Shown here in pieces: positions 50,123 through 64,000 of a DNA stretch of 64,000 bases. This stretch comes from Podarcis liolepis. Its lineage: Eukaryota. The position numbers were made by a program, and so were the translations under genes. Numbering within the stretch: position 1 is the first letter of the stretch; each line of letters opens with the position of its first letter. The stretch lies in NCBI GenBank assembly GCA_965112155.1, contig OZ218098.1; one strand, given 5' to 3'. The notes under the pieces are model-generated. The model was not told where the DNA came from, made no database searches, and worked only from the letters and a program-made list of their open reading frames with translations.

Positions 50123-52808
50123 CTGTTTCAAACAGTCAGTCTGAGCAAGCTTATTCTAATTAATTGTTTGTTTGGCATCATAAATTAATAGTGCACTTTT
50201 CACAGCAATGCATGAAAAAACAAAACACCAGGTCCTCTGCCCCCAGGTAGCTTACGATCAAGAGGTCAACAAAGGGGGGAAAGGGGAGCAAGAGACAGGG
50301 ATAGCAAATGCTTGAGGGAAGGAAGAGGAACAGGAAACAAGAGAGGACTGAGAGCAGATGTGGTTATAAATAGTGGTTCATTCAGGCCCAGGCTGCAGAT
50401 CCATTACTACGAGGCTAAATTATTGCTAATACTTGAGTTTTCTAAAACAACAACAGCACTATTTCCCTGTATCTATACACTATTGACCAGATCTTGTGAG
50501 ATTTGCAGCAGGCCATCAGAGAAGCAGAGCACAGCAAGCAACATTTCATACACAGAGTTGCTGGCCTTTTGCTATACCTGAGAGTGTGTGCTTGTGCAGT
50601 TAAAATGAGAGACAAAGAGACGTGTGCTTCCCTATGTGATATGCTTGCTAAAAAGAAAATAAAAAGTAAGTAAGATTGGTCCTGCTGGAGGAAACTAATG
50701 GCACCTAGTCTACCGTCTTGCTGTCACAGTGACTTTCCAGACATCGGCCCTGTAACTACCATGGTGTCTCAGGGGTTCCTTGTGCATAGGTAAGAGAAAG
50801 GGACAGCTGGTGGGAGAAACAAAAACTATAACAATCAGGGGTGTTGATCCCAGACTTACTGACATATGTGAATGTGGTAGACATTTCTCTGGCTCTTGCA
50901 CATACATACCACAATGCCCATGTCAACATATCAATATAAATCAGGCACTCAGATGTAGTGAGGAACAAGGGGAACTCAAAGAAACTCAAAGTCACCAATT
51001 CTCTCCCCGCGCAAGAAACACACACACTCCAAAACAGACAAGACATTTATGTAGTCTGGTGGAGGCAGGAAATATACCAACTAGGACAGCAGACATACAA
51101 AAACAATATGAAAATGATTTCAATACAGAGGTTGTTACTGGGGTAATTTATGTTAAAGAAATGCTCATCAAACTCCAATATAATTCTTTCAAAAAAAGAA
51201 GAAGAAAAGACTAGGAAATAAAAATGAATGGTTAGGTCAATGTATTATAATAATAATAATAAAAAATCAATAGGAAATACCTCTATTAGGCCTAAGCAGA
51301 AGAAGTTACAGAATAGTCAGCATGGTTTGTAATACTCTTCTTTAGGATGCAAGGTAATTTCTGAGAATCCATAGCAGGAGTGACAACCCTTTTTCAGACT
51401 GAGGGCTGTGTTTCCTTCCAGAGGCCATATGGTAGTCATGGGTGGGACTAGAGGCAAATGTGAGAGGTGCAAAGAATATAAATTTTACCTTTGCACATGC
51501 TCACTGCCATCGAGGCAAACGAGACGCAGGAGCAGAGTTCAAGGACCCATTCCAGCCACATAAAAACACCCAGGGAGGCTGCAAAGGGGCGTAACCTAGG
51601 GAGAGTCTAGGCAGACGAGGCAGGCCATGTTTGGCCCTCATACCTGAGGCAACCCACCTCTGATCTATACCACAGATATAACTTAAGTGGGTTTTATCTA
51701 CTGTTATTCTGGAGTGGGGCATAACAAGGTAATATAGAGCTTCTCATATGGTGAGTTCTATAAATTAAGTGAACTCTTGTTCAGTATGTGTTTTAAAAAG
51801 AAGAAAATGAGGGGGAGAGCGAGAGAGAGAAACCACAGAAAGAAAAGAACAACAAAATCTCAACAGGTCTGTATGGAATTCATGCAGGAGCTCATTTATT
51901 AATGTATGTGTAGCTATCATTTTATTCCATTCCCCAAAGGTGACAGTTAAAGGAGCAGAAGACTGCCTGATTGACAGCAGCCATAATTCCATACAATGAG
52001 ACTGTATCATATTGTTTGATGTGATATGATATTCATCACTGGTAACTGATCAAACATACTCTTGCATCAAACAGTATTACAATGGGATCATATTGCATGT
52101 GCCTGCTGCCAGGACTGTTCATTCAGTTGTGCACCAGACAGGTCTTTTCATAGCAGTGATGCACCAACACTGTCTATGGGGTTTTAAACAAGAATGTTTC
52201 CCAAAGAATTGAGTTGTGTATGTGCAATGTGTCAGCAATCAGGATAAATCTTTAGGGGGCCATAACAGGTTTTCAGAATGCAGCAATGAGAATGATGCTT
52301 GGATGGGGGGCATCCTTAAAAATAGAGGATACTAAGATGTAACTTCAAGTGTGATGAGATCTACTGTATTCGCTTATAGAAGCCTTGCAGTTTTTCTGCA
52401 GCAGGGTGTACTCTGCTTCCCTTAGCTTTTACTTCTTATAAACCTGGCTTTGGATAAGTGCTCATTTCATCTATTTCCTCTCATTCCCTGGGCAAGCTTT
52501 GGGCTTTTATTGTTTTTTATAGTCAGGTGCCTGACACTTTTATCTACTTAAATGTTTCTTCAGCAAATTTTATAAAAGAAAAAGAAACCCAAGGTGCTTT
52601 CGTTTTTAATTTGCTCCAGGACAAAGTGGGGAGAGAAGGTGGTTTTGTGATTGCCATAAGGATCAACCAGTCATGGAAAGAGGCGGTTTCATGATTGTCA
52701 CAAGTGCCAGCCTATCAGAAATATACAGAGTCAGGTTCTGCTAGAAACAGAAAGCTTTCTTCTCTGAGGAAGTCTGACCAAAAAGGGGTGAGAGAGAATC
52801 TATAGTTA

Positions 52809-54033
52809 CCGTTTTTCGCTCCATAGGACACACTTTTCCCGTCTTAAAAACTAAGGGGAAAAGTCTGTGCGTCCTATGGAGCGAATGCAGGGGGGAGGCA
52901 GGCAGGAAAAGCCCCCAAGAGCCACACACAAGCTTCGCGCAGCTCTTGCGGGCTTTTCCCCAGGAGGGAGAAGGGACTCCTCTAGAAAAGCCTTGCGTAA
53001 CCTCTCCAGCCGCGGGAGGCTGCGCAAGGCTAAAGAAGCCAACTTTTAAAAAAGCTCTCTATCTCTACCTCTTTTTCTTTTTTCGTCCTTTCTCCACCCC
53101 CTTCTTTTCCTCTGGATCAGTGTTTTTATCTAGATTAACGTTTTAGTTTGGAGGGGGGGATATTATAAAAAAGGAAACTTTGCAGCTTTTATTTTAGTAT
53201 ACAATAAAAACAGATTAAACAAAACACAAGAGAAGGAACTAGCATAGAAGAAGAAGAGAAAAGGGAAAGAGGGAGGATACAAAGCCATTTACCAGAGGTA
53301 GATCTTCACCCTTGCCTCACCTGGGAGCTTCTCTGGGCAGGAATTCCCTCGGCTTAAGTGGGGTGGGGGAAGAGTGGCAGGTAGGGGGGTACCTACCTAG
53401 ACACTGAAGCCACATGTCTCTCCGATGAAAATTGGGAGTGGGCATTGTGTGAAGTGGCTGTGGATCTCCTGCCGCAGAAGTGTAGGACTGTATAGAGTTG
53501 GGAGGGCTACCCGAGGGTCATCTAGCCCAGCCCCCTCACAATGTAGGAATCACAGCTAAAGTACGCCAGGCAGATGGTCCCCCAACCGCTGCTTAAAAGC
53601 CTCCAGTGGTGGAGACCCCCAACACCTTCCGAGGTCATAGAATTGCAGGGTTGGAAGGGAACCCCAGGAGTCATCTAGTCCAGCCCTGGTGGACAGCGGG
53701 CGTGATCCATCCCATTGCGCAAAGCTAAAGATGCTGTGCAAGGCTAAAGAGGAAGCCAAGGCAGCAAGCGGGATGGATCAGGAGAGGTTTAGCTCCTGGC
53801 TGGAGAGGTTGCACAGCTATGGATCCTGCTCTCTGTCTTGGCTTCTTTGCTCTTTGGGGCTTGGGGTGGAACCCGGGCTTCCTCTGCAGCCTTGAGAAGC
53901 TCTGGGCGCGCAGCCTGTCCGTTGCTCTTTGGGGCTGGAGGGGGGGGGGAATAAGAATTTTTTCCTTGATTTCCCCCTCTAAAAACTAGGTGTGTCCTGT
54001 GGTCCGGTGTGTCCAGTAGAGCGAAAAATGCGG
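52809..54033. mobile_element. Non-autonomous Tc1/mariner (Tc2/pogo-like) element with heterogeneous interior
   Basis: TA|CCGTTTTTCGCTCCATAGGACACAC ... GTGTGTCCAGTAGAGCGAAAAATGCGG|TA; TA flanks at 52807-52808 and 54034-54035; CR1 3'-end fragments inside (~53490-53690). Confidence 0.78.
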
Positions 54034-57000
54034 TAGCTCACCACTGACACTTATGTTCATCCATTCATGAATTTATTTTAGCTGTTTCTGCAACTAACAT
54101 TAATTTTAACATTAACATTAAACATTAACATTAAAAGTGTTAGAAACCGAAAACCATAAGGCTTTTCCATGCATTATGTTTTTAAAGCATATGCATAATG
54201 TTTATCAGTGTATGTGATGTGACAGATGTGTTTGATACTGTCACCTTAAAAGGTACAATTACAGCAGGGGAGGTCAAGAGTCTTCCACCCCATGTCAAGT
54301 TTTAAAAATCAAAAGTGTTTTGGGAAAAACTATTAGGAGTTCCTTTAGCTAGGAGCATGAAGACAGCGGTAAACGATTATGAAAAATAATTTCTTCCTCG
54401 ATGTCTCTAACAGCTCAACTCCAGGATTTGTTGACATTAGAAATTGGCATCGACATCTAGATTTAAAGCACAGGATAGAGAAGGAACCCCAGCTTGGGGA
54501 AAGGGGTGCAGGGGGAAAGCAACACACAGGAGAAGAGTTAATCATCTCCCTCTTACCTGTTGCTCCTCCCTTGCAAATTGTACCTATATCCACATCATCT
54601 CCCCCACAGGACAAAATAGTCTGGTCTCGGTGATTTTGATAAGACAAACAGCCTGCAGAGAGAAAGGTAAGCAGCATTTCTCCTTCTGCACAAATTTTCA
54701 ATTCAGGTTGCCACTTACCACAGCTTCTTAAGGTTTTAAAATAAGGTTCGGGGGGGGGAGGGGAATCCACCCAACAAAGAGTCGTGTGTAGTTCAACTCT
54801 TGAGAGAGGTGGGAAGTAACCATGCACCCTTTCTTTCAGTACGCCCCATAGAAATCTGTAGAATTTCTTTTAAGACCTGGTTTACATGTCTCCTTTTCAG
54901 GGCACATTATAAGGTGCTTTATAGAACTCTAGATGGCAAGCAACAATCAGCACAGACCCCAAGACAGAAGCTTTCCCCCTCCCAGGTCATACAAGCACAC
55001 CGTAATCCAAAGCACATCTCTCAATCTCTCTCTTCCATGCAATGTCCATTTTTAGCTTCAGTCAAGCTCCTAAACACTTTGACCGCCTGCCTGCATGCCA
55101 ACCTTCTGCCTTAGTTCACACAGGAAATCCCCTTACATCACGCAAATTGCCAGTCACACACCTGGGTGACATCTATCACAGCCTAGCCCCTTTTTGCTTC
55201 CAATGCATTTACCATCCAAATCATTTAACTGCCCCAGGTGGTGGATCTCTTGCTTAAGCCAGTGCTTATTTAGGTTTGTCTGCCTCCCCACTTCCAACGT
55301 ATTTTAAGAATAAATGCCTATTTACAAAACTACATCTAAAATCAGATGTCTTAAAAAACTGGTAGGAAGACCACCCAGTTTGCAGAGAGCAGGGGTGGAC
55401 TCAGTTACTCTGCAGATTTCCCTCTTTAATCACAGAAAAATAGCTCTCAGCACTTCTGGAAAAATGCTCGGGCATGGACATTGGCGAGCCTCCAAGAGGA
55501 AGGAATTTTATAACTGTGAAGCTGTCACTGAGAATGCCTCCATGTGTGCCTTGCCTTCATCACCAGACCTGACACACAGATGGAATAGTCAAGAGGGCAT
55601 TCTCAGTTTATCTTGGAAATTTCAATGGAATATGGATTCCTAGCTAAGCCCAAGTCATTTATAGGTCAAGATCGGAGACCCAGTATGGCAGTGTTGAACA
55701 CGGGCCAGGGAGAACTGTGTTAAAAGCCTACCACCACCCTTGAACATCACTGGGCAATCCTGGCACAGTCGGTATTTCTCAGCCTGACCTACTATCCTGT
55801 TCTACAGGGGCTGGGACTTGGAAGAAGCAGGTCAAGCCCTGTCTTTTCAGGTCAAGGCAAGTCTTTCTAGCAAGTCAGTACCCCGGCCAGCTCCCACTGG
55901 CCCTGCTGCCTAAGCTGTGGAAGGTGTCTCAACAAAGAGCAGGGACCATCAGAGGCTGTATACAGGCTGACAAGGGCTATACTGTGGTTAAGAAGCTATG
56001 TGCTGACCTGTCTGATTCTGCAGGTGCTGAATTTGATGCTTTGGAAATGATAGGGATGCTACTGGGGGCTCGTCCTCTTAAGTCTGAGGAGAGTGAGAGG
56101 CCTACACCCTCAGGTCAGGAGGGCCCAGGAGGTGGTGTTGAGGATCTTCTCCTGAGTGCTGAAGCCCAAATTACCTCTCCATCTTCCTTGGGGTAATGTG
56201 AGGGTCTGTGTCTGGGGTCATGACACCAAACCCACTGTATTTTTTAAATGAAGATTACACAGATGACCCCATGCATGCCATTCTGACCTCATAAGAGCAA
56301 GGCTGGAGATATAGATGTGATGGCCTTGAATTGTGTTGAGAAGGCAATCATATCATGTGCTCCCTTTGCTATATTCTTCACAAGCTGGAACCTTCCACGT
56401 GGAGCACATTGGGTGGGAAAGCTCTGACAAAGGTTTAAACCAGGGGTGAGTAATATGTGGCCCTCCAGATGGCGAGGGACTCCAAACTTCCCTCGGCTTC
56501 AGCTGGCATGCCCAGTGGCCAGGAAAGATGGGCGTTATAGCCTAAATAACATCGGAAAGACCTCCAGTTTCCCATCTCTGTGCTTAAGCCGTGTACATGG
56601 CTCAGGATCACTGGCACCATGGTGGTTGTAGCTCTCCACACACATTTCAGTACATGCCGTAATGGAAAAGGGCTTTTCTCTTCTCCCCTTCCCTGACTGG
56701 GTAGTCTAGCTGTGCAAGGGGGTCTTCAGGTAGACTGCCAGCACACTCCCTGAGGTTCCCTTGGGTGGAAGTGAGACCTGAAGGTGCAAGGTGACTATTT
56801 ATGAGGCAGACGGATCATCCTCTTTTAATCCATTTCTCACCAGAGCTTACTTTTGTCTGCCAAATCCCACTGATAAACACAAGCACTGTGAAGCCAAATG
56901 GTCTAGGCATGTAAAGGGAAAATATCCCTTTGAGTCTGGCACAAACACACACAGAGAACCCTGACAGCCAATTTTTGAAAGTTTATTAAGGATAAGAGGC

Positions 57001-57561
57001 AAGAAAAAGGGAAAGGGCTTTTTCGGTACTTTAAGAAAGTAAAGATTACACTTCAGAAAACTAGCTAGGCCTTCCTCGCAAGGCACAGGGCATCCTGAAT
57101 GGTCAGGAGGAATAACTGAATTTTGGCTACATTCCATTTCTATGGTGCTCTTGAGCCAAGTAGGTTCTGATTGACAGGTGGCTCTGACCAGCCACTCATA
57201 AAAGTTGCACCTAAGCTGGGAAGGTGCTGTTCTCCCCTTTTAGATGTTGAGAGTTGGGGCTGTTGAGGTCTTAAATACTGCTGGGAGTCAACTCCCCTGC
57301 AAGACCACCCACTCATGTATTGGAGTGGGGGACATTAGCTCTCAGTTTATACAGGATGGAAGACTAGAGAAACTGGGTCATCTTACAAGGACAGGCTAGG
57401 AATGGTCCAGGCCTGCTAGACCTGTGGGGGGGGGGTAGTTTGTTGTGCAGCTTTTTCCTCCCTTCTCCTCCTCCAATCCCACCCTTTTTCTTCATCTGCA
57501 CCATATGCATCCAGCAAAGGATAGGCAGAGTTAGACTATGGAAAGTCTTGGCAGAAACTTA

Positions 57562-57564
<3 letters not shown>

Positions 57565-57610
<46 letters not shown>
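57565..57610. repeat. (AC)n microsatellite
   Basis: Direct reading; others at 26844-26875 and 37180-37206. Confidence 0.95.
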
Positions 57611-57612
<2 letters not shown>

Positions 57613-59900
57613 AGGGAATAAACCAGAGTTCCTAAGATACAAAGAGTAGCCCATGGCTACTTCAGGCTGCTTCAGCTCAGCGTATTTTATGTCTGTGACT
57701 CCACAGGATGGGCCAAGCCTGTTTTTGGCATTTGACACATCATCATTAATGCTGTTCAGTAGCGGCCTGCCAAGTGGCAAATCCAGGCTAGTTTTAAATG
57801 CCTGGCAACTCAAAGCCACAACCAGACTGGCATGTGCTGATGTTTGCGTGGTCTAGGATTCGGCTATCACTCTTACGGGCTGAAATAGTTATACAGCTAC
57901 TCCCTTGAAGGCTCGGAGTCCAGATTGGTTTTCTCATTTGATCAGAGCTATCTTTTTAAAACGCCCAAGGCCATGAAATCTAGTTCTCCCTGGCTAGTCA
58001 TTCATAAGGGCACAGCATCACACTCCTAATGGCATTTCTACTTTTACAGACTTGGAATTATACCCGTTTCTATTTGAAATGACACATTTCACCACTGCAA
58101 AACAAGACAAATTTGTTAGTCAGCATCTTTCCTCCTCATTTTCCCCACCCTCGACATGCCTTCCTTGCTTTCCTGTGTTCCTCATAACCTATTAATGCTG
58201 TTCGTAGGAAGGGAGGTTTAGGTGCATTTTACTGTCACCAATTGCTTGGAGAGAACAATGTAAGTAGCAGAGAGAGTGACAGGAGAAGAGGAGGGTTCTT
58301 CTGTTTTTTCAAAGGGTCTGAGCTTCAGTTCCTTGCATCACAACTAAAGAGGCATTGGCCCTCTAACTGGGTACAGCTAAATAATTTGAGTTGCTGTAAC
58401 ACTGAACATTGCAGCAGACACAAGGGAGCTTTAAGGGCAAAAGTTAAAAGACATTTCAACACAGTGAGCAATGCTTGGAGTTGAGCAACTGCATAATACG
58501 GCAAACGCTTTGCAACAAAATTATTGAATTCGCAGATGTACATTCTGACAGGGCTGGGATACAACCAGCTTACTGCCATGGTTTTCCACCTGTACATCGG
58601 TCCCTCTGCGGAGAGGAAGATATGTAGCCCTGCTTCAGAGTGTATACCTTGAAATTGTGCCGCTCGGAGTCACCATGCACCAGGCAGAAACACAACTGCA
58701 GATCTGCTCTTATCCTCCCATATACCACCTGAGTAGCAGCTATTATTCCGCCTCCTCAGGGAAGGGACCCCATATGCAAGCTCCACAAGCCACCTCTATC
58801 ACTCCAAGCATCATTAGCAATAGTAGGATAAACTGCAGCTGGGTTGCCCCGATGCAAGCACAACAAAGCCTGCCACTAATCTGGGCATTCAGCGTTCCAG
58901 GCCTTGCTAGGATGTTTTAAGCCCATTTCTCAGGGAATCTCCTGCTTTTAAAGGTGGAAAGACGTCTACAGGACTTGACAAGCTAACTAATTAACATGGG
59001 CTCGGAAGGCAAATCTTCTTAGTGACTTAACAACAAAGGACATATCCCTCAGTTAAGCAAGCACACCTTGTATTCGGCATGGACACAGCGTGCAGTTTTA
59101 ACGTAGCCGCATTTTCATGAGCCCCTGCTATTTCCCCCCAACGTGGTTTCTTAAGACATCTGACAACCTTTTGAAAATCAGCATTTTTGTCACATTCTTG
59201 GGATGGGGTGGGGAACCGATGGAACAGGCACTCCACCAAACAGCAGGACTACTCTAGAGTAAATAAGTTAATTGTTTTATCTGATGACTGGATGAAATCC
59301 ACCAATTCGATGGAAGTGTTTAAAGGTATTGTGTGAATGATGTTGCAATATCTGCCTTATTACTCTTCTAGTGAACTAGTGGTTGCCACATTGTGGGACC
59401 ATGGAACAGAGGCTCATCCCTCTGTCACAAGGCAAGCAATGATGCAACAAGGTAACTTTAGACCAGGGAAGGGGTGGGAACTGGCAGCCTGCAAGCTCAA
59501 TTAGTCCTGCTGCATGACCCAATTTGGCCCACAAGGCCTTTTCACCAAAACCATGCCCACATGCCCCATTCCTGACATCATACATGACATGTGATGATAG
59601 GCAGGTGGGCAAGCAAGGGAAGCTTGCTCTCGGCATCAGTCAGTTGATTGGTGGTGACAGCAAGCCAGCTGGGGTCATCTTATATTACTATTATTATTAT
59701 TATAAATTTATTTATACCTCGCCTTTTCCCCTGATGTGACTCAATACAGTTTATTGATAAAAACAGGAATTACTAAAAACATAGGTGGGGGGGATAATTA
59801 AAAAACAAATAATAGAATTACAACTATATACATATATCTTGTGTTCTTATCTATCTGAGATGATGGTATCCTGAGATCTCCAGATGAAGGGTGGTGTACA

Positions 59901-59952
<52 letters not shown>
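59901..59952. repeat. (AAT)n microsatellite
   Basis: Direct reading. Confidence 0.95.
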
Positions 59953-60032
59953 GCTGCCTATTCCTGCATTGCAGGGGTTGCCTTGACCTCAGGGTCCCTT
60001 CCAATTCTACAATTCTGTGATTCTAAGATCTA

Positions 60033-60247
60033 CAGTGGTACCTCGGGTTAAGAACTTAATTTGTTCTGGAGTTCCGTTCTTAACCTGAAACTGTTCTTAA
60101 CCTGAGGTACCACTTTAGCTAATGGGGCCTCCCGCTACTGCTGTGTGATTTCTGTTCTCATCCTGAAACAAAGTTCTTAACTCGAGGTACTATTTCTGGG
60201 TTAGCCGAGTCTATAACCTGAAGTGTCTGTAACCCGAGGTACCACTG
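60033..60247. mobile_element. Tigger-like MITE (CAGTGGTACCTC family)
   Basis: TIRs and TA flanks; body matches the outer element at 1889-2462. Confidence 0.9.
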
Positions 60248-60259
60248 TATTTTAAAACA

Positions 60260-60580
60260 TACAATCACAACAAAAAACAGCACGGCACCAACCCCTGATT
60301 AAAAGCAATCAGTTCCCCAAAGCCTGTTGGAACAAGGTGGTCTTCACCTGCTGGTGGAAGGACAACAAGGAAGGAGCCAGTTGAGTTTCTTCAAGGAGGA
60401 AGTTCCAGAGTCTGGGAGCAGCCACCGAGAAGGCCCTTTCCCAGGTCCCCACCAAGCATGTCTGTGAGGGTGGCAGGACTGAGAGAATGACCTCCCCTGA
60501 AGAGATCAAAACCCAGGCAGGTTATTATGAGGGAATACAGTATTTCAGATAGCTTGGACCTACAGGGCTTTATAGGTCAT
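60260..60580 (-). mobile_element. L2-clade LINE 3' fragment
   Basis: ERAFSVAAPRLWNFLLEETQLAPSLLSFHQQVKTTLFQQA. Confidence 0.78.
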
Positions 60581-61938
60581 ATAAAGGGGACTTTGAAGGG
60601 GAATTGTAGAGGGGAAATCCATAGTATGGCTGATTCCAGCAGAAAGTAGAGTGTGATTGGTGGGGACAGCAGCCAGCCAATTCTTGAAGGTGCAATTCTT
60701 GCTTCTTGCAAAGAGTCCCAATAAGCTGACTGTGGGTGTTTTAAAGCACCACACAAGGTTCTTTGCAAGCCCCGTCAGCTGACATCATTGTGGCATCAGG
60801 TGATTGACAGGTGGACAGCCCTACTCCACCCCTAAACTATTGCTTTATAGCTGCATCTGCATTTCTCATATGTTAGACTCTAACACCTAGAGTAACAACA
60901 ACAGACAAAACCAGTTGGGCCACCTTGAGCAAACAGAAAAACAAATATTCTGAGAGCAACTGCAGATAAGTCTTGTCATGGCCAAATATGGCAACTGAAT
61001 AGAGGGTGTGTGATTCATTATATCCTGGAAAAACAGGGTATCACGTTTTTGTGTGATGCCAGTACATACAACCAACAATACTGTTGGATTTAAATGGCTC
61101 CTTCTTCAACAACCAAGCTCCACAAACCTGCTGTCTACCAGACTGTGCGATGACTGCTGATGCGTCTTGCAACTTGTTGTATCGGTTATAAAAGCTCTTG
61201 AACACAAACACAAAATTTTGTATTGGAACTCTGGGGACTACATTGATATTGGATGTGGGACATGTGGCATCCAAGCCGCAGGTGTGTCAAAGACTTGCCA
61301 GGGTTTGCAAATCCAACATTCACGCCAACACAATGTTAGCCTCTAGTGCTACCATTCTGGGTTATTCACAGACCACTTTTGAGATGTATGAAAACCTAGT
61401 ATAAAAATTACTAGTAATTATTGATGCTCAATACAAGCTGCCTGATGAAGATGATCTTTCCAAAAGGTTGACATGCATATATTTCTGAGAGTCATACCCA
61501 TGGAGGTATGAGTACCCTCATCTTAAATAAATGAATTTGAAAAGTGAAAGTAGTGTCGTCGTCCCGTCCCCTGTCCCCCCCCCCCCCCCCCGTTTCCACA
61601 GGACTGATTGAGGTGGCAATCAAGAGAGGGGGCATTTCTGCTTGAAAAGTTTTATTCTACATCATGGTGCAGCCTTACTGCCGAAGCTAAGCAGATTTAG
61701 CCCTATAAGCTGTTTGCATAGGAAAATGCATGGGAATAATGTTTGCCAACCAGTACTCCTGGGGGAATGAAATTAATACAGAGATGCTGCTGCTAATGCA
61801 GTCCAAAATAGGCCTGTGTCACACAACCAAGACATGATCACATAATTATTGAAGTTCTCATGATCATGTGAAAATCAGAGACACACAAATCTTGTCCTAT
61901 CAGAAAAGCAAATGAATATTGAAACAAAATGAGAGAAA

Positions 61939-61940
61939 GT

Positions 61941-62013
<73 letters not shown>
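61939..62013. repeat. (GT)n(GA)n compound microsatellite
   Basis: Direct reading; a second one at ~62467-62530. Confidence 0.95.
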
Positions 62014-62016
<3 letters not shown>

Positions 62017-62466
62017 TGCAAAGCTAGCATGGATCTGTAATTAACACATATTCTGAAGTCAATACATTTCTTTTTGCTTAACTGGTCAGAATTTAAACCT
62101 TATCAAGGAATGTTGGCAAAGATCTAAGAGTGATTCAATAGAGCCCCCGAATTCTGAGTAAAAAATACAGTGGATTGACCAAGAAAGCTCTTTTTTTTTA
62201 AGTGCACATATGATGATGCNNNNNNNNNNNNNNNNNNNNNNNNNNNNNNNNNNNNNNNNNNNNNNNNNNNNNNNNNNNNNNNNNNNNNNNNNNNNNNNNN
62301 NNNNNNNNNNNNNNNNNNNNNNNNNNNNNNNNNNNNNNNNNNNNNNNNNNNNNNNNNNNNNNNNNNNNNNNNNNNNNNNNNNNGAAAAGTAAACAAGAAT
62401 ATGCATTTGAAATAAAGCAAACGCAAATCAACAGAGGGGAGGTATGTTCCTCAGTGCTCATACCTA

Positions 62467-62522
<56 letters not shown>

Positions 62523-64000
62523 AGGGAGGGAGGTGGAGAGGGAGCCAGCCTTGCTTAAGGGGAGCATAATGGGATGAAGGACAAATTGTAGCTTAGGCAG
62601 TCTGATCCTTTGTACTCTAAAGGCATGTTTTACACCTTGCTGTAAACAAGGGATAGTTAAACCATAATTGGCTAGTTGACCATCAGCATTCATTTACTAT
62701 GAAACCTGTTATTACAGAGTTAAAAGACGCTTCCCAGTGCCGATTCCTTGTTGTGAGAAGGAGAGTCAACCTGTCCTTGCCTAATATCAGATACAGCTCA
62801 GGCTGGCTCTTGTTCTATGGATGAGACACCAAGGTTTTAGGAAGGCCTCTGCTTGTGTTCCCATCCTCAGTTCATTGGGGGCCTCTGTTTTTAAGAGCCA
62901 GCAAGCAAAGGCAGGCACTGAAGTTTTCTCCTAAGTTTGTTGACAAAATAACGATCCCTACATTTTAATCGTCGTTAGAATTTTGAAAGGGCTAATTACC
63001 ACTGTTTACAGACAGGCCTTCTCTATTTGAAGCTCCACAAAGGTCAGGCCCTTTGCATGGATCACTTGCCTGCCCCTTTACTTGACCGGATTTGTTTTAA
63101 TGTGCCTCTAGATACCTCGTCAGAGTTGCAGGCTGAACTCTGAGAAAGCCCAGAGGAATTTTGTGCTGATTTAATGTTGAGGGTGTTGTCTTGGCTAGGG
63201 CTGGGGTTTTCTATGAGAAGTTCTGCTCTCTGCAACCAAGCTGCAAAGGATGGGAAAGAGAGACATACACAGACCCCCACCCACAAGGTTCCCACTGGAA
63301 AAGAAGCCCAGGACTACACTTGTGGCAGAAGCACATGTAGAGCAAGCCATCTCACACGTTAGGAGGGGACAAAAGGCACTTCTAGACAGTGGCTGTTTTG
63401 GGGGTGGGATTCAGTCACATACAGGCAAATTTAAGTTGCGAAGTTAAAGCTGACTAGGAGTTCTTCTGCAACAAACCCCCTTTGCTAAAAGACCAGACTT
63501 TTTGTGATAAGGGAAGTGACAGATAAAATACACTGGAAAGTGTGGGACAATGCTTGCTTTGATGCATCATCTAGTCTCTCTGCAAGCATGAATGTTCATT
63601 AAATAGCCAACATCATCTAATCCCCAGAATGAATAGTCAATAAACCTGAAAGTGCCCAGATAGAAGGGTGTAAGAGACAAGTGACTACTGGTGTAGAAGG
63701 TCACCAGATGACAAGGAGGGCAAGGCTCCTGTGCCTCTAAACAGCTAGTTTGAAGATATTTTTAGGTCACTTTTGCNNNNNNNNNNNNNNNNNNNNNNNN
63801 NNNNNNNNNNNNNNNNNNNNNNNNNNNNNNNNNNNNNNNNNNNNNNNNNNNNNNNNNNNNNNNNNNNNNNNNNNNNNNNNNNNNNNNNNNNNNNNNNNNN
63901 NNNNNNNNNNNNNNNNNNNNNNNNNNNNNNNNNNCAGAACAATCTTCTCTTCCAAGACAGAGGATCAGGCTAAAACAGTTCTCAACCCTAAAGGCTTAAT

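Noticed and set aside
61436-61480. Possible further hammerhead (CTGATGA)
   Set aside because: No convincing stem II, GAAA or stem I pairing

Overview
Repeat-rich vertebrate genomic DNA. The repeat complement (Sauria SINEs, BovB/RTE, CR1, L2, Penelope, many hAT and Tc1/mariner MITEs) points to a squamate, probably a lacertid lizard (inference). No intact host protein-coding gene is visible. The unique sequence looks like intron or gene desert, with a few candidate minus-strand non-coding exons and five short N-runs. The standout is a family of non-autonomous hAT elements that share the same termini but carry different cargo ('Pack'-type gene capture). One copy (43517-44686, TSD TCCTAAGG) carries a genomic copy of the RANBP9 CpG-rich first exon with its 5' flank, splice donor and intron-1 start. 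A sister copy (35332-36508, TSD GTCTAGAG) of almost identical length carries one end of a Tc2/pogo-type MITE plus a 109-110 bp double-hairpin tandem array. The RANBP9 copy sits in a cluster of three hAT elements, two of which share a triplicated TSD. Also present are two identical Penelope minimal hammerhead ribozymes, a 5'-inverted BovB and several nested insertions. All family names come from my recognition of the sequence; no database search was run.
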